The position numbers and the translations under genes were made by a program. The notes beneath the pieces are model-generated. The model ran no database searches. It was not told the DNA's origin and saw only the letters and a program-made list of their open reading frames with translations. A stretch of DNA of 64,000 nucleotides from Chitinophaga sp. (lineage in GTDB: Bacteria; Bacteroidota; Bacteroidia; Chitinophagales; Chitinophagaceae): assembly GCF_019236475.1 (NCBI RefSeq), contig NZ_JAFAIX010000012.1:1120619-1184618 (forward strand). Direction: 5' to 3'. Every line of letters begins with the position of its first letter. The first letter of the stretch is position 1. Shown here piece after piece: positions 57,612-64,000 of the stretch.

Positions 57612-58163
57612 ATGCCAGGTTACTATGAACTAACAATAGAGCAAAATCGGTTAATCCTCATTAAAAACAGACAAAGAGTAATTATCCTCACGATCCTGTT
57701 TTCTGTGCTCACAATATCTGCTGTTACTTATTTTTCCCTCGCGGAATATATGGCGGGCGTAACGCAGTTACAAGATAATTATATCTCACTCATCATCTTT
57801 GTTGCACTAATGTTGGGAGTAGCAGTGTACACCATTGTTCGCACATTGAAGGATAAGGATATTGAGATTATCCGCGAAGGGAAAACGCATTTTTATGTCA
57901 ATGGAGAATTCCTTCCAATCAATACGCAAACGGATTACCTGGAAGCCCGAAAGCAAAACAACTCGAAGGGAATCCCCTACTACACTTTATTCATTGTAAC
58001 AGAAACCCGTCAAATCCAGATCTGTAGAAGAATGAGGAAGAATGATTATGAACGAAACAGTACACTAATCGCCGACTTTTTAGGCGTTCCTATTAAATTA
58101 GGAAAACCCTGGATAGTACGACAGGTACGGAAATGGATGGGGCGTTCAGATAAAGTGTCATAA
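57612..58163 (+). CDS. Small membrane protein, tandem paralogue A
   Basis: 183 aa. N-terminal YELTIEQNRLILIKNR, two hydrophobic helices, then LKDKDIEIIREGKTHFYVNGE... Confidence 0.6.
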   Translation: MPGYYELTIEQNRLILIKNRQRVIILTILFSVLTISAVTYFSLAEYMAGVTQLQDNYISLIIFVALMLGVAVYTIVRTLKDKDIEIIREGKTHFYVNGEFLPINTQTDYLEARKQNNSKGIPYYTLFIVTETRQIQICRRMRKNDYERNSTLIADFLGVPIKLGKPWIVRQVRKWMGRSDKVS

Positions 58164-58188
58164 GTCTTCCTATATAAAACTGTGTTGC

Positions 58189-58416
58189 GTGGCTTACTAT
58201 CAACTTACAATTGAGAACGATAAACTATCGCTGACCAAAAATCGGAAGGGTGCTATTATAAACACGATTATAATAGGTGCTCTCATGATAGCGGTTCCCA
58301 TAATAGTATTCATCAGTAAACGTTTAGAAGAACCCCATCCGAAGATAGAGAGAGAAGGTGTTTTCACGATGGTAATATTTTCTATCCTGTTTTTAGATCA
58401 GCAGCTTTTTATGTGA
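58189..58416 (+). CDS. Small membrane protein, tandem paralogue B (lacks the C-terminal domain; possibly degenerate)
   Basis: 75 aa with a GTG start. YQLTIENDKLSLTKNR plus one helix. It stops before the DKDIEIIR-type domain but keeps the downstream tcttcctata boundary sequence. Confidence 0.35.
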   Translation: MAYYQLTIENDKLSLTKNRKGAIINTIIIGALMIAVPIIVFISKRLEEPHPKIEREGVFTMVIFSILFLDQQLFM

Positions 58417-58470
58417 TTAAATCTTCCTATACACTCATTTCTAAACCTATACCTTTTAATTCAATGCACT

Positions 58471-58974
58471 ATGTTTAAGTTCAACCAATTTACAATCGAG
58501 AATAACAGAATTTTAATTACAAAGAACCGAATAATGAGACTCGGCTTCCTATTCTTAATGGCTGCACTGAGTGTCGGTTTTATCATCTTCTTTATGCAAT
58601 CGGTGGAGCTCTTTAAAGGTAATAACTGGGTATTTAAAGGTTATTTCGTTTTAATAATTTTCTCGTTCTGCTATCATCTTATCATCACTTTACGAGATAA
58701 AGACATTGAAATTATCCGCCATAGTGAACAAACTTTTGATCTTAATGGGGAACGTTTATTACTGGATAAAAATACGGATTCCCTGGAGGTCCTCGAATCC
58801 AGTGGTAGAGGAGGCTCTTTCTATAGTATCAAATTGCACTATGGAGATCGGAAAGTAGAACTCTGTTACGGGCTAAGAGAGAAAGATTATGACGCGTATA
58901 TGCCACAAATAACTAGTTTCCTAGGATTGCCTGTCACCAAAGGACGTCCTTGGTATGCTAAAATATTCGGATAA
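58471..58974 (+). CDS. Small membrane protein, tandem paralogue C
   Basis: 167 aa. FNQFTIENNRILITKNR, two helices, LRDKDIEIIRHSEQTFDLNGE..., collinear with paralogue A. Confidence 0.6.
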   Translation: MFKFNQFTIENNRILITKNRIMRLGFLFLMAALSVGFIIFFMQSVELFKGNNWVFKGYFVLIIFSFCYHLIITLRDKDIEIIRHSEQTFDLNGERLLLDKNTDSLEVLESSGRGGSFYSIKLHYGDRKVELCYGLREKDYDAYMPQITSFLGLPVTKGRPWYAKIFG

Positions 58975-59136
58975 CCTTAAAGGTTAAATCCCCTTGCATT
59001 ATTACCAATTATAAACTGGTGTAATGCTGCAACCGCATTAATAAATGATTATGATTTTTATCGTAGAGAGGCCGTTGCTTTTACTTCGTAATTGAATACT
59101 GTATCTTCGTTTAATCACAATCATGAACATTCCTGC

Positions 59137-60033
59137 ATGAAAATTTTATCTATTGTACTGGGAGCCGGATTACTGACTACCCAGGCATTTGCACAAACTA
59201 AGCTAGATGTACAAGCGCATCGTGGCGGTATGGGACTGAAGCCGGAAAATACGATTCCTGCCATGATCAATGCCATCAAACTGGGAGCCCGCACATTGGA
59301 GATGGACTGCATCATTTCCGCAGATAGTAAAGTAGTGGTATCGCATGATGCGTATATGTCGGCAGCCTTTATGCGTAAGCCAGACGGATCTGATATTTCC
59401 AAGGAAGAACAAAAGTCATTGATTCTCTTCTCTATGCCTTACGATAGTATCCGTAAATATGATGCGGGTACCAAACCTTATGATCGTTTTCCACAACAGG
59501 ATAAATTCAAAACTTATCGCCCACTGCTCTCCGAGCTGATTGATAGCGTGGAGGCATATGTGAAAAAGAATCACCTCAAACCTGTTTATTACAATATCGA
59601 AACCAAGTCGGAGTTAAACGGCGATGGTCGCTTGAATCCTACGCCAGATGTGTTTACAGCCCTGGTAATGGAAGTAATCAACAAGAAAAAAATCGCCAAC
59701 AGGGTTACCATCCAGTCTTTCGACCCGCGTACCCTACAAGTATTGCACAAAACATTCCCGAAACAAAAAACAGCATGGCTCGTTGCAAATAAAGAAAGCT
59801 TCGCAGACAACATTAAAACATTAGGATTTACGCCATCTATTTACAGTCCTGCGTTTCAGATGGTGACCGCAGACCTGATTAAAGAAGCACACGCACAGAA
59901 AGTGGAAGTATTACCCTGGACGGTAGATGAAGTAGCAGATATGAAGCGAATGATGGAATTAGGGGTAGATGGGATTATCACCAATTATCCGGATAGACTA
60001 ATTAACATCACTGGTAGTTATCAGAAAAAATAA
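59137..60033 (+). CDS. Glycerophosphodiester phosphodiesterase (secreted)
   Basis: I prefer ATG 59137 (MKILSIVLGAGLLTTQAFAQ) over TTG 59092. VQAHRGGMGLKPENTIPAM...LEMDCIISADSKVVVSHD is the GDPD signature. Confidence 0.85.
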   Translation: MKILSIVLGAGLLTTQAFAQTKLDVQAHRGGMGLKPENTIPAMINAIKLGARTLEMDCIISADSKVVVSHDAYMSAAFMRKPDGSDISKEEQKSLILFSMPYDSIRKYDAGTKPYDRFPQQDKFKTYRPLLSELIDSVEAYVKKNHLKPVYYNIETKSELNGDGRLNPTPDVFTALVMEVINKKKIANRVTIQSFDPRTLQVLHKTFPKQKTAWLVANKESFADNIKTLGFTPSIYSPAFQMVTADLIKEAHAQKVEVLPWTVDEVADMKRMMELGVDGIITNYPDRLINITGSYQKK

Positions 60034-60043
60034 ATTTGGCGAT

Positions 60044-60178
60044 ACGCTCCTGCCTATCGTCCCTGCTGGGTATGGACAACGAAAAGACGCTCCTGTCTTT
60101 CGTCGCTGCCAGGCATGGACAACGAAAAAACACTCCTGTCTGTTTTCCCTGCCCGCAGGGCAGGGAAAACTAAAAAAA
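60044..60178. repeat. Three tandem ~43-bp REP-like units, each with an internal palindrome
   Basis: Unit 1, 60044-60086: acgctcctgcctatcgtccctgctgggtatggacaacgaaaag. Unit 2, 60087-60129: acgctcctgtctttcgtcgctgccaggcatggacaacgaaaaa. Unit 3 from 60130: acactcctgtctgttttccctgcccgcagggcagggaaaactaaaaaaa, with a perfect 12-bp stem at 60143-60169. Confidence 0.75.
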
Positions 60179-60212
60179 CAGCCTCTTTAATGGGGCTTAC
60201 TCGTAAGTAAAT

Positions 60213-61547
60213 TTAGTTCAGAATAGAACCATTCAGTCTACGTAGTTCCGTTTCTGCCAACTTAGTATTATAGCGGGCTAATATCAGCCTGGTATAAGAA
60301 TCCTCCAAACTCTGCTGCGCTTGTTTCACTTCAATGGTAGTAGAAACACCCTGTTTGAATCTTTCCAACGCTACCATCATGTTTTCTTTCGCCAGCTCTA
60401 AGTTCTCTTCTTCCAGTGCCAAGGCCTGTTTGTAATATTCATAATCTTTAAATGCATTGCTCAGCGACAGCGATATCTGCGATTTAATGTTGTCTAAAGA
60501 AATATGTTGATACTCCAAATCCAACTGTGCATTGCGTACTTGTCGTTTCACATTAAAGCCATTGAAAATAGGTACTGTAGCAGTTAAACCATAGTTCAAG
60601 ACCCCGTTCCTATTGAATTTCGGGCTAAAGTTATTCGATGCCGCGTTAGACGTATTCCTGTTGAAGTTGTACGCAGAGTTGAAAGAAACAATTGGGAAAT
60701 AGTCCGCTCTCTTTTCTTTAACGGTTAATGAAGAAACGGCCACATTCTGTTCTTGCACTTTAATGCTGGCGTTATTCTGTGCAATATTCTCCTGCAATTC
60801 GCCCAGTGATAATGCGGAGTTCAGTGGAATAGAGTCTACCACATCATAAAAAGTAGAGGTCTCTGGTACGGCCATCAGTTGATTCAATAAGGCTTTGCTT
60901 TGCTCTATTACTGTTTGCTGACGCAGATACAACGCTTTCTGCGCATTCAGGTCCACTTTAGATTGGAGCCAATCTGTTTTAGGTCCCAGTCCGGTTTGAA
61001 ATTTCGCATCGGAGAGTTTCACTCTTTCCTCGGAAATAGACATTTGTTCTGCCAGGGCTTTCAACTGTTGCTTTTCCTGCACGATGTTGTAATAGCCGCC
61101 AATAACAGTAGCAATGCTATTTTGCACCTGGCTCTTGATGGCCAGTTCCCCAAGGTTTTTGATGGCTTCCAGTTTATTACGGGTAGCGAACATCTTCATA
61201 CCATCGAATAATGTCCAGTTGAGATTGACGCTAGCATTGACGTTCTGCCCTTTGATACCGCTGGTATCTCTTTTAGTACCGTTGGCGAATTCCTGTTTGG
61301 TGGCAGTACGACTCCAAGTGGTACCGGCAGTGGCATTGAGTCGGGGGGCAAATGCGAAATTCGCATAGGCGTAATCGTTAGCAGACATCTCTGCCGTATT
61401 TTTTGCCAGACGTATATCGAAGTTATTTTTCAGCGCTACATCTATCGCCTGTTCCAGTGTAAGCACCTGCTGCTGTGCCATCGCTACTGAACCAGCAGCG
61501 ATGATGCACAAAACAGACAAACAAAATTTAGCTATATAATTTTTCAT
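60213..61547 (-). CDS. TolC-family outer-membrane efflux protein
   Basis: 444 aa with a signal peptide. Two-fold repeat of coiled-coil/beta segments typical of OEP/TolC (...LTLEQAIDVALKNNFDIRLAKN..., ...ARYNTKLAETELRRLNG). Directly downstream of an RND pump gene. Confidence 0.88.
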   Translation of the reverse strand: MKNYIAKFCLSVLCIIAAGSVAMAQQQVLTLEQAIDVALKNNFDIRLAKNTAEMSANDYAYANFAFAPRLNATAGTTWSRTATKQEFANGTKRDTSGIKGQNVNASVNLNWTLFDGMKMFATRNKLEAIKNLGELAIKSQVQNSIATVIGGYYNIVQEKQQLKALAEQMSISEERVKLSDAKFQTGLGPKTDWLQSKVDLNAQKALYLRQQTVIEQSKALLNQLMAVPETSTFYDVVDSIPLNSALSLGELQENIAQNNASIKVQEQNVAVSSLTVKEKRADYFPIVSFNSAYNFNRNTSNAASNNFSPKFNRNGVLNYGLTATVPIFNGFNVKRQVRNAQLDLEYQHISLDNIKSQISLSLSNAFKDYEYYKQALALEEENLELAKENMMVALERFKQGVSTTIEVKQAQQSLEDSYTRLILARYNTKLAETELRRLNGSILN

Positions 61548-61564
61548 ATTTCTCTAAAGTAAAT

Positions 61565-64000
61565 TTAAGCGTGCGCCATTTCCGTCTCTGCCTCAGCTTC
61601 TTCCTCTTCTTCTGATTGACCAGTTTTCCTGCGACTCAAATAGGTATACATGGCAGGAATTACGTAGAGTGTCAGTACCAGGGAGAAGATAATTCCTCCC
61701 ACAATCACAATACCCAAAGGAATACGGCTAGTGGCCGCAGCTCCCAAGGACATCGCGATTGGCAGTGCACCCAGCGCCATGGCCAAGCTCGTCATCAGGA
61801 TCGGACGCAAACGCAAAGAGGACGCAGTAATTACCGCAGCAGATTTGTCGATACCCTCGTCCCGCTTCTGGTTCGCAAATTCCACGATCAGGATACCATT
61901 CTTGGTAACAAGACCAATCAACATAATTACCCCAATCTGTGAGAAGATGTTCCACGTCTGGTTAAAGAGCCAGAGCGATAACAATGCACCGGCAAATGCC
62001 AACGGTACAGTAATCATGATAATCAGCGGATCGATCCAGCTTTCGAACTGTGCTGCCAAGACCAGGTAAATCAGTATTAGAGCCAGACTCAGCGCAAACA
62101 TAGTATTGGAGCCACTCTCTGCATAGTCGCGGGATGAGCCGGATAATGCCGTGCTATAGTTATCATTCAATACATGGTCTTTCTTCAGCTTTTCGTATAT
62201 GCGATACATTTCCTTGATACCGTCCCCAATGGTTTTGCCAGGGGCCAGACCTGCGGAAATCGTAGCGGATTTGAATCGGTTGAAGTGATAAATGATAGGA
62301 GGACTCGTTTCTTCTTCTATCGTTACCAGGTTGTCTAGCTGAATGGCTTCTCCGCGAGCGTTACGCACATACAGGTTCTGAAGATCGTTTGGATCATCTC
62401 TGTCTTTACGGAAAACTTGCCCCATTACCTGGTATTGTTTTCCGTTTCGGATGAAGTAACCATAGCGCAAGTTACTCAGGGCCAACTGCAGGGTCTGGGA
62501 AATATCCTGTACAGATACTCCCAACTGCGTAGCCTTATTACGATCAATATGTATACGTAGTTCTGGTTTGTTGAATTTTAGGTCGACATCAGTCCCTTGG
62601 AATACAGGGCTATTCCCCACTTCGTCCATGAATTTAGGTAACACGGAGCTGAGTGAGTCAAAGTTGATATGTTCCAGTACGAAAGCAATCGGCAGACCGC
62701 CACGACGTCCTACCTGGATGGTCTGTTGCTCAATCGCAAACACCTTACCGGTAGGGAATTTGGCCATATTCCTATTGACCATATTCACAATCTCCTTCTG
62801 GGATCTTTGCCGTTCATTTGGCTCCGACAGCATGACGTTCACAAATGCACTGTTTACCGCACCGGCGCCACTAAAGCCCGGGGAAGTCACACTCAGCACG
62901 ATTTTACGTTCAGGTACGGAGTCGGCCATGAACTGTGTCAGTCTGTCTACATAATTATCCATATAGTCAAACGACGTCCCTTCCGGTGCGGTCACCGACA
63001 AACGGAAGGAGCTTCTGTCTTCCAGGGGCGCCAATTCCGACTGCAATACCTTAAACAGACCATAAATCATCCCCAAGCAGGCCAATACAATCAGTACGGC
63101 TGTCCAACGGAAACGCATAAACGATTCCAGGGAGTTTTTATAACCATCTTCCATCCAGCGGAAGAAAGGTTCGGTTTTCAGGTAGAACCAGGAATGGGTA
63201 TGTGTTTTACGACCAAGTTTAACGTTGAGTACAGGCGTCAGGGTTAGGGAGACGAAAGCCGAAATCAATACAGCCCCTGCCACCACAATACCAAACTCAC
63301 GGAACAACTGTCCTACGAAGCCTTGCAAGAAGATAATTGGGAGGAATACGAACGCCAGTGTGATGGACGTAGCGATGACCGCAAAGAAGATTTCTTCAGA
63401 ACCTTCGCGGGCTGCACGCATACGTGGCATACCGGCTTCGATCTTTTTATAGATATTTTCCGTTACCACGATTCCATCATCCACCACCAGACCGGTAGCG
63501 AGTACGATCGCCAGGAGGGTCAGGATATTAATGGTGAATCCGCAAGCATACATGATAAAGAATGCCCCGATAAGAGATACCGGGATATCTATCAGTGGAC
63601 GGAAGGCCATGAGCCAATCGCGGAAGAAGAGGTATACAATGATGATCACCAGTGTTAACGCGATGATGAGGGTTTCCTCCACTTCTTCAATAGATTTCTT
63701 AATGAAGCGGGTGTTATCCATCGCGATATTGATGTTGATATCATCAGGTATTTCCTTTTGCAGTTGTGCATATCGTTTATAGAACTCATCTGCAATGGCC
63801 ACATAGTTGGAGCCTGGTTGCGGGATCAGTGCGAGGGAAATCATCGGGATACCGGATTCCTTCAGTACAGTTTCCTCATTTTCCGGGCCTAGAACGGCCT
63901 GTCCGACGTCGCGAATCCGTATCTCGCTACCATTGACATTCTGGATAATCAAGTTATTAAAATCATCTTCGCTGACCAATCGGCCGAAAGTACGCACGGT
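61565..64000 (-). CDS. RND efflux transporter permease (AcrB/HAE1-type), C-terminal ~810 aa; 5' end beyond the right edge
   Basis: Open to the window edge. Multiple TM clusters and periplasmic loops typical of RND pumps (...VVDDGIVVTENIYKKIE..., ...IGLVTKNGILIVEFANQ...). Acidic C-terminal tail. Confidence 0.92.
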   Translation of the reverse strand, partial: TVRTFGRLVSEDDFNNLIIQNVNGSEIRIRDVGQAVLGPENEETVLKESGIPMISLALIPQPGSNYVAIADEFYKRYAQLQKEIPDDININIAMDNTRFIKKSIEEVEETLIIALTLVIIIVYLFFRDWLMAFRPLIDIPVSLIGAFFIMYACGFTINILTLLAIVLATGLVVDDGIVVTENIYKKIEAGMPRMRAAREGSEEIFFAVIATSITLAFVFLPIIFLQGFVGQLFREFGIVVAGAVLISAFVSLTLTPVLNVKLGRKTHTHSWFYLKTEPFFRWMEDGYKNSLESFMRFRWTAVLIVLACLGMIYGLFKVLQSELAPLEDRSSFRLSVTAPEGTSFDYMDNYVDRLTQFMADSVPERKIVLSVTSPGFSGAGAVNSAFVNVMLSEPNERQRSQKEIVNMVNRNMAKFPTGKVFAIEQQTIQVGRRGGLPIAFVLEHINFDSLSSVLPKFMDEVGNSPVFQGTDVDLKFNKPELRIHIDRNKATQLGVSVQDISQTLQLALSNLRYGYFIRNGKQYQVMGQVFRKDRDDPNDLQNLYVRNARGEAIQLDNLVTIEEETSPPIIYHFNRFKSATISAGLAPGKTIGDGIKEMYRIYEKLKKDHVLNDNYSTALSGSSRDYAESGSNTMFALSLALILIYLVLAAQFESWIDPLIIMITVPLAFAGALLSLWLFNQTWNIFSQIGVIMLIGLVTKNGILIVEFANQKRDEGIDKSAAVITASSLRLRPILMTSLAMALGALPIAMSLGAAATSRIPLGIVIVGGIIFSLVLTLYVIPAMYTYLSRRKTGQSEEEEEAEAETEMAHA

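Noticed and set aside
60044-60178. Tandem 43-bp repeats as a mini-CRISPR array
   Set aside because: The units are directly adjacent with no unique spacers. There are only three copies, they are degenerate, and no cas genes are present. They fit REP-like elements better.
62669-63247. 192-aa plus-strand ORF, and several others, inside the RND pump gene
   Set aside because: They are antisense to an unmistakable RND permease and are shadow ORFs.

Overview
Bacteroidota chromosomal segment: a SusC/SusD pair, TonB-dependent receptors, many lipoprotein or '..AQ' signal peptides, and tightly overlapping genes. A Chitinophagaceae-like origin is only my inference. There are about 43 protein-coding genes. 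I recognised no rRNA, tRNA, CRISPR array, transposase or integrase. Layout: (1) 1-4.3 kb, susC-susD-type pair on the minus strand. (2) 4.4-7.3 kb, GNAT, a divergent PRPP-synthetase-like gene, a CarboxypepD_reg protein and a zinc-ribbon/FHA protein. (3) 7.7-27.9 kb, a plus-strand, largely translationally coupled 7-gene operon: three secreted or outer-membrane-like proteins, a 2223-aa protein with a TcB/SpvB-like N-terminus and a PA14-like module, a 250-aa protein, a 2756-aa RHS-repeat polymorphic toxin with an HNH-type C-terminal tip, and an overlapping immunity gene. (4) 27.9-31.7 kb, an AT-rich island with an XRE regulator and probable orphan toxin-tip and immunity genes. (5) 31.8-34.2 kb, a TsdA-like diheme cytochrome c, a DsrE-like protein and a periplasmic binding protein. 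(6) 34.7-44.5 kb, four tandem mosaic paralogues (787-871 aa) of a signal-peptide-bearing, phage-tail-fibre-like protein ending in an intramolecular-chaperone (peptidase S74-like) domain, plus a fifth unrelated gene behind the same spacer. (7) 45-56 kb, secreted hypotheticals, an apparent extracellular-DNA utilisation set (EEP nuclease, TonB-dependent receptor, DUF5689-like lipoprotein, non-specific endonuclease) and an HxlR+SDR pair. (8) 56.5-64 kb, another fibre-like protein, three tandem small membrane-protein paralogues, a glycerophosphodiester phosphodiesterase, TolC and a partial RND pump. The best candidates for something undescribed are the RHS/TcB-like operon, which has no recognisable secretion system, and the tandem exported-fibre array. 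All family assignments come from motif recognition by eye, not from searches.
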